DNA from: an uncultured Methanosarcinales archaeon
GTDB lineage: Archaea > Nanobdellota > Nanobdellia > Woesearchaeales > JAGVZT01
Assembly (NCBI GenBank): GCA_964419615.1
Contig: CAYQPU010000013.1
Span: 1 to 40,371 of the forward strand
Length of the DNA stretch: 40,371 nucleotides
Direction: 5' to 3'
Of the stretch, positions 19,282 to 28,533 are shown piece after piece. Position 1 is the stretch's first letter. The number at the start of each line of letters is the position of its first letter. The translations under genes were made by a program, and so were the position numbers. The notes under the pieces are model-generated. The model was not told the origin of the DNA. It made no database searches and was given only the letters and a program-made list of their open reading frames with translations.

Positions 19282-20256
19282 TTAAAGCTTTTTCTTTAGA
19301 TCCTCAACCATCTTAACTGGAGTTGGATCCACACCATATTTTAAGGCTAAAAAGTATGCTGTCCAAAAACCCATTAAAATTCCTGTAAATATTGTTGTTA
19401 GTTCACTTTCTCCTTTAATAACAACTTCTGTTGTACTTGCATTCTTGGATATTAGATCTCTCGTAATCTTGAATCTTTTGATAATCTTCCTATGACAATC
19501 TTCCTCTCTAATGAAGATTACATGAAATTCCCCTCTAGGATTTGTAAATCCAAGCATCTCATTGTGGTTTAACTCTGGAAAATAATTATAAAACGCAGTA
19601 GTTTTACAGTTCTCATTAAGTGCGGCTTTCCATACCTCAGCAACAGGGCTGAAGAGGTGAGAACCATATACAACAGGGATCTTATCCACCAGATTAGTTG
19701 CAAGTTCTTCTCCCTTTTTTTTGAATGCAGGATTATTCAACTTTTTTGTTAGTTCTTCAACTTCTTTGTCAACTTTCTTAATTATCCCTGAATTTTGGAG
19801 TATTCTTAGTATTGCAAAAAATTGATAGCCTACTGCTTGTCTAGGTTGGATTCCTTTTGGAATTTTTACTAAAGGTTTACTATCTGATTCTGCTTTTTCA
19901 AGTAATTTTCCACCAGAAGCAATTGCTATTGTTGCACAACTTTTTCCTCTTGCAACCTTGTATGCAGAAATAGTTTCCTCAGTATTTCCCGAGTATGAGA
20001 CAGTAAATACTATTGAATCCTTGTCCACAAACTTTGGAAGATCATAGCTCTTATGAACAAATACAGGAATATCACTTTTATCTGATAAGTATGATTGGAG
20101 AATATCTCCGGGTAATGCTGATCCACCCATTCCAGCTACAATTATTTTATTGTACTCACCTTTAATCTTAATGTCCTTTGCTAATTTAAAAAAAGCATTA
20201 TCTATATGATCTGGAAAGTGCTCAAGTACAGAAAGCATATTAGATTTGTCTATCAT
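19282..20256 (-). CDS. Bifunctional phosphoglucose/phosphomannose isomerase (two SIS domains)
   Basis: GMGGSA, SYSGNTEET, ENCK and PELNHNE motifs; start reset to ATG 20256 behind GGTGA. Confidence 0.92.
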   Translation of the reverse strand: MIDKSNMLSVLEHFPDHIDNAFFKLAKDIKIKGEYNKIIVAGMGGSALPGDILQSYLSDKSDIPVFVHKSYDLPKFVDKDSIVFTVSYSGNTEETISAYKVARGKSCATIAIASGGKLLEKAESDSKPLVKIPKGIQPRQAVGYQFFAILRILQNSGIIKKVDKEVEELTKKLNNPAFKKKGEELATNLVDKIPVVYGSHLFSPVAEVWKAALNENCKTTAFYNYFPELNHNEMLGFTNPRGEFHVIFIREEDCHRKIIKRFKITRDLISKNASTTEVVIKGESELTTIFTGILMGFWTAYFLALKYGVDPTPVKMVEDLKKKL

Positions 20257-20376
20257 TAGGTCACCTCTTATCAAAAACAATTATTGGCTAATATAAATAA
20301 TTTATGGCTTTTTAATTTATAATATATTTTAGAGATTATCATAATATTTAAAAACAAGACCTTATTACTTTAATAA

Positions 20377-20443
20377 CAGGTATTAGATGTGGGGAGTTGC
20401 TTCCCTGAATAATACAAAAAAACAAATAATGGAGGCTAATAAT
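20377..20443 (+). promoter_or_regulatory. Candidate structured 5' leader of rpl15e
   Basis: TTTAAAAA at 20348-20355; GC-rich hairpin GGGGAG-TTG-CTTCCC (20391-20405); CAGG/CCTG pairing; GGAGG ribosome-binding site. Confidence 0.35.
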
Positions 20444-21016
20444 ATGGGAATGTATAAATATATTAGAGAGGCTTGGAAAAAGCCAAAAGAAAGTGAGTTC
20501 TGGAAAAAAAGATTAATTGAGTGGCGTAGAGAGCCAGTTACAATCAGAATTAAAAAGCCTACTAGACTAGATAGAGCTAGATCTTTAGGTTACAAAGCAA
20601 AGCAAGGTATTATTGTTGTACGGCACAGGATTAACAGAGGTGGTAAGATGCGGCCAAAGTTTAAGTCTGGTAGAAGATCAAAGAACATGAGACGAAGACT
20701 TGTGCTAGGTAAGAATTATCAACAGATTGCTGAGGAGAGAGCAAACAAGAAATTTAAAAATTGTGAAGTTCTAAATTCATACTGGGTTGCTCAGGATGGA
20801 AGACATTATTGGTTTGAGATTATCTTAGTTGATAGAGCTCATGCTAGTATCAAATCCGATAAAACAATTCAGTGGATAACAAGTAATAAGCACAAAAGAA
20901 GGGCTTATAGAGGTTTGACTTCAGCTGCTAGAAAATCAAGAGGCCTTAGAAATAAGGGTAAAGGAGCAGAAAAGGTTAGACCAAGCTTAAGAGCTAATAG
21001 GCGAAGTGCAAAGTGA
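20444..21016 (+). CDS. rpl15e: 50S ribosomal protein eL15
   Basis: [14 protein letters not shown]...[17 protein letters not shown]...LNSYWV; start reset to ATG 20444. Confidence 0.97.
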   Translation: MGMYKYIREAWKKPKESEFWKKRLIEWRREPVTIRIKKPTRLDRARSLGYKAKQGIIVVRHRINRGGKMRPKFKSGRRSKNMRRRLVLGKNYQQIAEERANKKFKNCEVLNSYWVAQDGRHYWFEIILVDRAHASIKSDKTIQWITSNKHKRRAYRGLTSAARKSRGLRNKGKGAEKVRPSLRANRRSAK

Positions 21017-21747
21017 AAGTAGAATTCAAAGACAGTCAGGGTAGAAAACTAATTGGGATTTTGTCAAACCCAGCTAATAGTGATAAGGTTGTTGTACTCT
21101 GCCATGGTTTTGGCTCAAGCAAGAACAGTAAAACTTATCTTCAAATTGAAGGTCTGCTAAATTCTCAAGGTATAGCTGTTTTTAGGTTTGATTTTTTTGG
21201 ACATGGAGACAGTGATGGTGATTTTGCAGATATTACTTTGACTAAAGCAGTTGATGGTGCATTGTCAGCCCTGGATTATGTTAAATCTCAAGGGTTTAAG
21301 ACTGTTGGTTTGTTTGGTTCTAGTTTTGGAGGAATAACCAGTTTGATTGTTGCTTCAAAAAATCCAGGAATTAGATGTCTGTGTCTAAAATCACCTGTGT
21401 CTGATTATCTTGGTGTTATAATTCTAAACATTGGTGAGCACAAACTTGATGATTGGAAAATAAATGGATCTATTGAATATAGAGATGGTCTGATGCTAAA
21501 TTATTCATTTTATCAGGATGCCCAAAAGTATGATAGTGATGAGTTTGCACCAAAGATAAACGTGCCGACATTGTTTGTTCATGGGAATGTTGATGATATT
21601 GTTCCTTTAGAGCAGAGTATAAGTACTTCAAAAAAGGTAAAGGATGCTAAGTTAGAGATTGTTAAGGGAGCTGACCACCTTTATCATGAAGGTTTTGATG
21701 AAATGTTAAAACTTGTTACTGATTTTCTAGTTAAACAAATTGGCTGA
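21013..21747 (+). CDS. Alpha/beta-fold hydrolase (esterase/peptidase-like)
   Basis: HGF oxyanion motif, GSSFG nucleophile elbow, HGNVDDIVP acid, GADH histidine. Confidence 0.88.
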   Translation: MKVEFKDSQGRKLIGILSNPANSDKVVVLCHGFGSSKNSKTYLQIEGLLNSQGIAVFRFDFFGHGDSDGDFADITLTKAVDGALSALDYVKSQGFKTVGLFGSSFGGITSLIVASKNPGIRCLCLKSPVSDYLGVIILNIGEHKLDDWKINGSIEYRDGLMLNYSFYQDAQKYDSDEFAPKINVPTLFVHGNVDDIVPLEQSISTSKKVKDAKLEIVKGADHLYHEGFDEMLKLVTDFLVKQIG

Positions 21748-23260
21748 TGTCTGCTGTTTTTTCTTGTTTTTGTCCAACTTGTTTTTTGATATCTATTGCT
21801 GTTTTTTTGCCAATAATTTTTTGAAGTGTTATTAGTTCTACTTTCTTAACTTCACCAATGTCCTTGATGTTGTTTCTGAATAGTTTTCTTGCCCTAACTC
21901 TTCCAATGTTTTTTAGTTGGAGTAAGGCAAGGAGTTCTTCCTTTGCACCATACTTAAGTCTTAGTCTGAGTTTACCCAATTCACTTATCAAAGGCATTAT
22001 TTTTAGGATCCGAGATATTTCTTGAGATGAATATAATAGCCAATCAGCAATTTCATTTTTTATTCGTAGCTCTCCAGGTCTGATGGAATATTTATCTAAT
22101 AGTAGATCTTCACTCATCTCATCCACCCATGAAGAGAACATTTGAGCAGTTTTTATTGATTTCATAAATGTATCATATTCTGGATCATATGGTTCAGGAG
22201 TAAAAGTAAGAATCTTTTCTTGGTTTGTTAAAAAGAAATCATGAACATCATCCCATTCACTTTTTCTTACTGTTAGTAATGGCCTAAGCTCAAGTGTTTG
22301 GGAGATTAATTGAAAAAATGAAAAAGTAGTTGAGTGTTTTGAAGCTTTTTTTAGAGCTTTTACCAAGTCATGCGCAGTTAATGGATCAAGATAAAGCTGG
22401 GCAACTCTTTTTCCAAGGAGTGTTGCATTTATCATGGAGTTTTGAAGTTGATCTGCAGCAACAAAACTTTGACCCTGCCCTGATTCTCCCATTGTTATAA
22501 ATTCCCATTGTTCAAGCTGAGCAAGTGTCCTTCTTATAACACTTCCAAGTTTTTCCATGTCATGGAATTGATGTGCCCAGAATGTTCTTGAAAAGAACTT
22601 TAAGATCGCTTCTTCTGAATTCACAAAGTCAGTTGCTATTAATGCTAACAAGTATGTTCGAAGTACTGGTTCAACTGCAAGCTTTGAAAAGATTTGTTCG
22701 GGTTCACCCATCACATAGTTGTTGTATATTGCTTCTTTTTGGTTGAAGTTTTTTGCAACTGAGATTGCCTCACCATACTTATCATAACTTGGTCGTCCTG
22801 CTCTTCCTGCTTGTTGTTGGTATTCTAAAACAGGGATCCAGATTAAACCTCGATAGCTGAATCTTTTTAGATCTCGGATTATTGTTCGAAATGCTGGAAG
22901 GTCTACACCTGCTGCCAAGGTGGGTGTGCTGCAAATGATTTTTATATTACCATTTCTAAATTCATCTTCAATTAGGTTTCTTTGTTTTTGAACTAAGCCT
23001 GCGTGATGAAATGCAATTCCTTTTTGAGCTATAGCTGAGAGTCTTTTGCATTGCTTTGTTGGACTGGAAAGAGTGTTAAGTAATTGTTCTGAGATTTCTA
23101 AATGCTTGGAGTTTTCTGTTTTTATTTGTTTTGATATATCTTCGGCTGATTTTTCTGCGCCTCTTTTTGTATTTACAAATACTAATGCTTGCTTGCCTTG
23201 TTTAATTGTATCTAATGCTAAGTCTACTACAGCTTCCTTTGTTAACTGTTTGATTTGCAT
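21731..23260 (-). CDS. hel308: Hel308/Ski2-like helicase lacking the N-terminal RecA1 domain (split gene or truncation)
   Basis: Starts at RecA2 (ALVFVNTKR). Has GIAFHHAGL, STPTLAAGVDLPA, QQAGRAGRP, winged-helix/ratchet and HhH (IGRVRARKL) regions. No Q motif, Walker A or DExH box. Confidence 0.85.
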   Translation of the reverse strand: MQIKQLTKEAVVDLALDTIKQGKQALVFVNTKRGAEKSAEDISKQIKTENSKHLEISEQLLNTLSSPTKQCKRLSAIAQKGIAFHHAGLVQKQRNLIEDEFRNGNIKIICSTPTLAAGVDLPAFRTIIRDLKRFSYRGLIWIPVLEYQQQAGRAGRPSYDKYGEAISVAKNFNQKEAIYNNYVMGEPEQIFSKLAVEPVLRTYLLALIATDFVNSEEAILKFFSRTFWAHQFHDMEKLGSVIRRTLAQLEQWEFITMGESGQGQSFVAADQLQNSMINATLLGKRVAQLYLDPLTAHDLVKALKKASKHSTTFSFFQLISQTLELRPLLTVRKSEWDDVHDFFLTNQEKILTFTPEPYDPEYDTFMKSIKTAQMFSSWVDEMSEDLLLDKYSIRPGELRIKNEIADWLLYSSQEISRILKIMPLISELGKLRLRLKYGAKEELLALLQLKNIGRVRARKLFRNNIKDIGEVKKVELITLQKIIGKKTAIDIKKQVGQKQEKTADISQFV

Positions 23261-23282
23261 TAGTGTTTAGAAGATGTTTGAG

Positions 23283-23296
23283 ATTATAAAGGTTTC
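23283..23296 (-). promoter_or_regulatory. BRE-TATA promoter directly upstream of the truncated hel308 ATG
   Basis: GAAACC-TTTATAAT ending 23 nt before ATG 23260; same spacing as the rps7 promoter. Confidence 0.6.
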
Positions 23297-23346
23297 ATAA
23301 TGAGAATTTAATTAGGTCAGAATATGAAAACAATGTATGAAGAGAA

Positions 23347-23527
23347 TGGGCCCGCGGAGACTTTCAACGTCAAATGCGGATTCGACGAAGTCGAAGACGC
23401 CATTTTTGGTCGAACTTTTAAGCGAAGCGCTAAAAGGTCGTTTTTGAACTCCGGACCACCCGATTTCTATCAATGACAAAACGTCATCTTATCAGTCGGG
23501 CACTCCACCAGACTAAGCTACGGGCCC
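23347..23527 (-). tRNA. tRNA-Ile(GAU) with two introns: 37/38 (23465-23489, 25 nt) and 59/60 (23361-23442, 82 nt)
   Basis: Spliced GGGCCCGTAGCTTAGTCTGGTGGAGTGCCCGACTGATAATCGGGTGGTCCGGAGTTCAAATCTCCGCGGGCCCA. Confidence 0.92.
23376..23440 (-). repeat. Shared palindromic intron module, copy in the tRNA-Ile(GAU) T-loop intron
   Basis: CGACCTTTT-N12-AAAAGTTCGACCAAAAATGGCGTCTTCGACTTCGTCGAATCCGC. Confidence 0.85.
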
Positions 23528-23598
23528 ATAACTTTGTGGTTTGAAATTATGTATAAAAAAGTTTCGCTATATTTGCTTAGCAACTTAAGAAATATGAA

Positions 23599-23684
23599 CG
23601 CCCCGAGTCAGACTTGAACTGACGACCTTGCGGTTTCAGTAAGACTTTAACAGCCGCACGCTCTACCGACTAAGCTATCGAGGC
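23599..23684 (-). tRNA. tRNA-Asn(GUU) with a 13-nt 37/38 intron (23635-23647)
   Basis: Acceptor GCCTCGA/TCGGGGC, G73; anticodon arm TGCGG-CTGTTAA-CCGCA; uninterrupted T-loop TTCAAGT. Confidence 0.92.
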
Positions 23685-23744
23685 ATAATAACAAAGAATT
23701 AAAACTTGGTTTAAATACTTTTCGACCAGGTATTAGAAACTAAT

Positions 23745-23891
23745 TTATCCTTTCCCTAGTATTCTTGATACATTTGTTCCGCATTTTGGGCAGACTCCAG
23801 CTGCTCTTTTCAAGTTGTTTTTGGTCATAACTTCCTTCATGTCCTTAATTTCAACTTGTTCACGGCAACTCATGCATCTGGCTTGTACCAT
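23745..23891 (-). CDS. 48-aa zinc-ribbon protein, DUF5679/Cren7-like (not in ORF track)
   Basis: MVQARCMSCREQVEIKDMKEVMTKNNLKRAAGVCPKCGTNVSRILGKG; CxxC...CPxCG; GGTGAGA ribosome-binding site. Family recalled, not searched. Confidence 0.75.
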   Translation of the reverse strand: MVQARCMSCREQVEIKDMKEVMTKNNLKRAAGVCPKCGTNVSRILGKG

Positions 23892-24025
23892 AATCTCACC
23901 TTGTGTATTTGTAATTTATATATAGCTAATATGAATGTTAATATATAAATTTATGTATTTTTTGTATGAAAAACTATAAAAATCACCTGTTTTGTTATAT
24001 ATTAGTATTAATCGAGGAAATTAGC

Positions 24026-24358
24026 ATGCGGAGAGGAAGACCTGTTTTTAGCCAAATTCGACAAAATCTTGTAGAAATACTGTTCGTCATGGGGAAAGGT
24101 TATGGATACAATATTTACAAGACTTATATTGCCATATTTCCCAAAACAAGTCAGAGGAATGTTTATTACCAATTAAAAAGAGGGGTTGATTTGGATATAT
24201 TTGCGGTTGACAAAATTGAGACTGAAAAGGGTGAGTTCTCCTGGGGAAACCAAGCAACAAAAACCTATTACAAACTAGGGCCATCAGCAAAACCAGCTGG
24301 TATGGGTCGAGTTAGGGAATATTTTGAATCACTCAAGCTTTCTGAAGAATCCAAGTAA
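24026..24358 (+). CDS. Conserved hypothetical protein, probable PadR-like winged helix
   Basis: Start reset to MRRGRP at 24026; GYGYNIYK...RNVYYQL...TYYKLG pattern. Confidence 0.6.
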   Translation: MRRGRPVFSQIRQNLVEILFVMGKGYGYNIYKTYIAIFPKTSQRNVYYQLKRGVDLDIFAVDKIETEKGEFSWGNQATKTYYKLGPSAKPAGMGRVREYFESLKLSEESK

Positions 24359-25009
24359 AGCAAAAGCTTCTCTTTTTGTAAGCATTGCTTTTCCAATAAC
24401 TCTTTGCCAGACTTTTTTTTGAATTTCTCTTTTTTCCTCAGTTGTAAAGTACATTTTATCTGTTATTTTGTTGATTTTTTCAAACAGTACTTTTTTTTCC
24501 TTGTTTGTGATTGAAGGCCATTTTTTTTCCTCTAAATCAGAAGATTGAAATGATTCATAGAGTAGGATTGCAAGGGCATGACTTATGTTTAATGTTGAAT
24601 ATTCTTTTGAAGAAGGAATTTTAACAACAAAATCACATAGAGATATTTCTTCATTTGTCAATCCAATATCTTCCCTGCCGATTAGAAGAGCGATATTTGA
24701 ATCAGAACTTTTGGCTTTTTTGGCGAATTCTTTTGGAGTTATTGGAACTCGGGGGATGTTATAATCAGAACCTGTTTTGGCTGTTGTTCCAACAACTGTA
24801 TCAAATGTGTCTAGACAACTAATATCCTCAATTTTCGCAGAAGATAAGACATCCTTTGCGTGCATTGCTCTTGCTAGTGCCTCATTGTCATCCTTATCAC
24901 ATTTAGGATTAATTAATATCAAATCTTTAAAACCAAAGTTTTTCATAACTCTTGCTATGGCTCCCAAATTACCAGGAGTTTGAATTTCAAACAAAACAAC
25001 TGTTAGCAT
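24329..25009 (-). CDS. trmJ: SPOUT-family RNA methyltransferase, TrmJ-like
   Basis: PGNLGAIARVMKNFG, IGREDIGL and IPSSKEYSTLNISHA motifs. Confidence 0.85.
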   Translation of the reverse strand: MLTVVLFEIQTPGNLGAIARVMKNFGFKDLILINPKCDKDDNEALARAMHAKDVLSSAKIEDISCLDTFDTVVGTTAKTGSDYNIPRVPITPKEFAKKAKSSDSNIALLIGREDIGLTNEEISLCDFVVKIPSSKEYSTLNISHALAILLYESFQSSDLEEKKWPSITNKEKKVLFEKINKITDKMYFTTEEKREIQKKVWQRVIGKAMLTKREAFALLGFFRKLE

Positions 25010-25046
25010 AAATTAAAGGTGAATGTGAGAAATATAAAAAGATTTG

Positions 25047-26210
25047 TTAAATATAGGCAAGTACTAATCCTAAAACTAGATTTACTAAAAGTATTGTCAA
25101 GCATCCAATGCTAATATGCTTCCACAATCTACTACCTTTTTTCTTACCGTATTTTGTTGAAAATGCAGCATGAATCATTCTTCCTCCATCTACTGGACCC
25201 AGAGGTAAAAGGTTAGCTAATCCTATTCCAAGACTGAGGATAATTACAAGTGTAAATAATTCTGAAAGCCAATTGATTATCTGAATTGGGTAAAGTGATG
25301 ATAAATATGAGTATTTTGGTTTTAGAACATGGTTTGGTTTAATCCCAGAGATTCCAATATACCCCTTTGATTCATCTTGAGCATGAGCTGCAGTTGTAAC
25401 TTCATAATCATATTCTGCTGTTGATAGAACAATTTTTTGATTTGGCTTGTTTAAGTCAAAGTCCTCAAGCATCTTGTTCCAATCATTAATAGGTTGTTGA
25501 TTGTATTTGGTAAATATCATTGCAGGTTCAAGATCAGCGTATTCAGCAGGTGATCCTGGTTCAACTCTGTCAATTGAAAAACCTTCTAGTTGAGTTAATG
25601 AAGTAAACATTGGATTTAGTGCTATTATTACAATTAGTGCTGTTATGCCAGCAAGAACCATATTTGAAAATGGTCCTGCAGCAAACACTGAATATTTTAC
25701 AACATCACTAGCTTTTGATAGTTTTTCTTCATCAGGTTCTACAAAAGCACCCATTAACGGACCAAAAAATAAGATTCCTGATGATTTGATTTTTATTTTG
25801 TGTGCTATTGCAACAATCCCATGAGAAAATTCATGAACAACAATTACAATGAATAATGCAATCCATCCGGAAATTAGTGGTATAAAGACTGGTGAGCCAG
25901 GGATTTGTACTCCTGGTAGAACAGGAGTTACTGCAGATTGGGCTCCAGGGATTGTGACAAGTTTGAACAGATTTTCAAGTAAAGTATAAGATATAAATAG
26001 CATCCCCACAAAACCAAAACCAATCCCAGAATATCCAAATATTTTTACAAAGTTGGGATGTTTTTTGACAAAACTTCTCATTAATTTTGTGCCGAATTTT
26101 GTTTTGTATAATGCAATGATTTTTCCTTGGATATCAAATTTTTTTCTGTTAAAGTAAACAAAGAGCATAACACCTAAGTAAAATAGAATAACTAACCAGT
26201 TACTTCCCAT
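25047..26210 (-). CDS. Site-2 protease (M50) with PDZ-like insert
   Basis: HEFSHG, GAFVEPDE, AAGP, PGSPA (PDZ) and NLLPLGPVDGG motifs. Confidence 0.92.
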   Translation of the reverse strand: MGSNWLVILFYLGVMLFVYFNRKKFDIQGKIIALYKTKFGTKLMRSFVKKHPNFVKIFGYSGIGFGFVGMLFISYTLLENLFKLVTIPGAQSAVTPVLPGVQIPGSPVFIPLISGWIALFIVIVVHEFSHGIVAIAHKIKIKSSGILFFGPLMGAFVEPDEEKLSKASDVVKYSVFAAGPFSNMVLAGITALIVIIALNPMFTSLTQLEGFSIDRVEPGSPAEYADLEPAMIFTKYNQQPINDWNKMLEDFDLNKPNQKIVLSTAEYDYEVTTAAHAQDESKGYIGISGIKPNHVLKPKYSYLSSLYPIQIINWLSELFTLVIILSLGIGLANLLPLGPVDGGRMIHAAFSTKYGKKKGSRLWKHISIGCLTILLVNLVLGLVLAYI

Positions 26211-26233
26211 GGTTTACCTCTTTTTTTTATTAA

Positions 26234-26395
26234 CTATTTCTTCCTTTTTACACGAAGATATTTACTATTGCACTTTCTACATTTTATTAGTCCCGCCAGT
26301 ACTTTCATGACAGGAGCTCTTCTTACACTTTTACATTTCTTACATACATACTTATTTTGGAAAAGCCTAGCATTGGCTTCTTTAAATTGAACCAT
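26234..26395 (-). CDS. rpl40e: 50S ribosomal protein eL40, 53 aa (not in ORF track)
   Basis: MVQFKEANARLFQNKYVCKKCKSVRRAPVMKVLAGLIKCRKCNSKYLRVKRKK; zinc-binding C4 pattern. Confidence 0.88.
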   Translation of the reverse strand: MVQFKEANARLFQNKYVCKKCKSVRRAPVMKVLAGLIKCRKCNSKYLRVKRKK

Positions 26396-26396
26396 A

Positions 26397-26792
26397 TTAA
26401 TTTCCTCTAACTTGTTTCATTATTTTATCATCCATGATTAACCAATAAACAATTGTTGATCCTGCAATTACGTCTGCCTTTAGCTCAGCAGGAATTTCAA
26501 GATCAAATGTTTGGTAGTCTTCTGAATCCATCACATTTGCTGTATTGTCTTGAACAGTGAGTACTTGAGCTGCTCTTTTATCAATAATTGGAACATCAAT
26601 TTTATCATGACCTGGCATTACGATTACTCTTTTTTTCTCATCAATTAATCCTACTGCAGATAACCTGACTTTTGCATGACCATGCTTTCCTGGCCTAGAG
26701 ATTTGAATATCCACAACTCTGCTTGCAACCCCATCAACCAACACATAATTGCCCTTTTTTAATGATCCTACACTTGTGAATTTTGTCGCCAT
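26397..26792 (-). CDS. eif5a: Translation factor aIF5A
   Basis: Hypusine loop SRPGKHGHAK; start reset to ATG 26792. Confidence 0.96.
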   Translation of the reverse strand: MATKFTSVGSLKKGNYVLVDGVASRVVDIQISRPGKHGHAKVRLSAVGLIDEKKRVIVMPGHDKIDVPIIDKRAAQVLTVQDNTANVMDSEDYQTFDLEIPAELKADVIAGSTIVYWLIMDDKIMKQVRGN

Positions 26793-26869
26793 ATTAATCT
26801 CCTTATAAAGAAAAGTGATTATGCAGATATATTTAAAAGTTTGTATTAGTCTAAAAAATAAAAAAAATC

Positions 26870-26938
26870 TCCATTGCACCTAGGCGCAATGAAGACCAGG
26901 GCCTTCATTTGGTTGTTGGGGGTGGTTAAAATGAAGGC
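26870..26938 (-). terminator. Two tandem GC-rich hairpins downstream of ftsZ, the second followed by a T-run
   Basis: Minus strand GCCTTCATTT...AAATGAAGGC, then CATTGCGC-CTAG-GTGCAATG followed by ATTTTTTTTATTTTTT. Confidence 0.45.
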
Positions 26939-26956
26939 AAAGAAAATCTATCAGCT

Positions 26957-28009
26957 TTACCTCACGATTTCAATCCCGAGTTCATCGCTAATTTCTTGAA
27001 CTTGTGGACTTACCACTCGTTCATCTACTCTTCCAATTATCCAAGGAGATTTGACTCCAGTAATGATTGTCATTACTGTTAATTTTCCTTTCATGTCTTC
27101 CTGGATTCTTGCTCCCCAGATGACATTTGCATCATCATCTAAGGATTCAGTTACTAGCTCTCCAACTCTGTTGATTTCATCAAGAGTCATGTCTGGTCCA
27201 CCAATCACATGGATTAATGCACCTGTTGCACCTTTATAGCTAATGTCTAGTAGTGGATTGCTTAATGCACCGTTTACAGCTTCTTCTACTTTGTTGTTTG
27301 TATCAGATGCTCCTACTCCAATGGCTGCAACTCCTCCATTTGTCATAATTGCTTTAACATCTGCATAGTCCAAGTTAACTAAACTTGGGACTGCGATTGT
27401 CTCAACAATTCCTTTGATCATTGTACTTACAAGTTCATTTGCAACTGCAAATGCTTGTTGTACTGGTAGGTTGCCAGCAATGCTTACTAATCTATTATTA
27501 TCTATTACAATTACTGTGTCTGATACTTGTCTTAGTTGTTGTAATCCAAATTCTGCTTTGTCAACTCTTGCTCTTTCAATTTTGAAAGGCATAGTGACTG
27601 TTCCAAGAACAATTGCACCGCTCTCACGTGCAGCTTTTGCAATAACTGGTGCTGCACCTGTACCTGTGCCACCTCCCATTCCCGCGCAGATTAAGACAAG
27701 ATCAGATCCTTTAAGAGTATCTTTAATATCATTAATTGCTTCCTTTGCTGCTTCAGCTCCTTTTTCAGGAAACCCTCCACATCCAAGTCCTTTTGTTAAA
27801 TCTCTTCCAAGCACAAATTTTCTGTCAGATTCAGAAATGTTTAGATGTTGAATATCAGTGTTACATGCAATTATTTCTGCACCTTTTATTCCTTTTTTAT
27901 ATAGCCAAGAAACCATATTGTTTCCTGCTCCACCTACACCTACTACCTTTATGTTTGCTTGTCCTACTTCTATGTTCGAATAATTGTCTTCGTTATTCAT
28001 TGCTTGCAT
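26957..28009 (-). CDS. ftsZ: Cell division GTPase FtsZ
   Basis: VGVGGAG, GMGGGTGTG signature, NLDYAD T7 loop. Confidence 0.97.
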   Translation of the reverse strand: MQAMNNEDNYSNIEVGQANIKVVGVGGAGNNMVSWLYKKGIKGAEIIACNTDIQHLNISESDRKFVLGRDLTKGLGCGGFPEKGAEAAKEAINDIKDTLKGSDLVLICAGMGGGTGTGAAPVIAKAARESGAIVLGTVTMPFKIERARVDKAEFGLQQLRQVSDTVIVIDNNRLVSIAGNLPVQQAFAVANELVSTMIKGIVETIAVPSLVNLDYADVKAIMTNGGVAAIGVGASDTNNKVEEAVNGALSNPLLDISYKGATGALIHVIGGPDMTLDEINRVGELVTESLDDDANVIWGARIQEDMKGKLTVMTIITGVKSPWIIGRVDERVVSPQVQEISDELGIEIVR

Positions 28010-28533
28010 ATATCCTACCCCCTTTTTTTGGTTTTTTTAATCTATAGTTTGTGATAGTTATTTCAAATCACAACAACATTTATATTATAGATGATTCTAT
28101 AATCTTCCCAGAACTCGTTGTGTACTTGCGCCAACAAGTACGCATCAAAAAGGGTTTACAAAGTAATAGTTTGCCAAAACTAATATTACAAATCGCCAAA
28201 AACAATGGTTTTTCGCCAAAAAAACCAACGTTTATATTTCTTTTAATTTCATTCCATGTATATAAAGATTTCTGCATTTTAATATATACTTTGAAATGGC
28301 TATATTAGTATACTTTTTGCTAGAATATTGTATTGAAGTGAAAAAATTTGGGAGTATTAGGGGGTTTTATAGAGGAGAGATTGATTTTGTTATCATATAT
28401 GGATCTGTATCAGATTTTATCAGTGCAACTTAAAAGTAACAAAAAAATAGTATATTAATAATTTTGTTTTATTCTTATCCTATTTGGGTCTGATCAATAA
28501 ACTTTATATCTAATAACAGATTCTATATTATAT

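Noticed and set aside
28051-28308. ORFs 28051-28308 (+) and 28080-28277 (-); also a replication origin in this gap
   Set aside because: Poor starts and no protein features. No adjacent orc1/cdc6 and no recognisable ORB-type repeats, so an origin cannot be supported.
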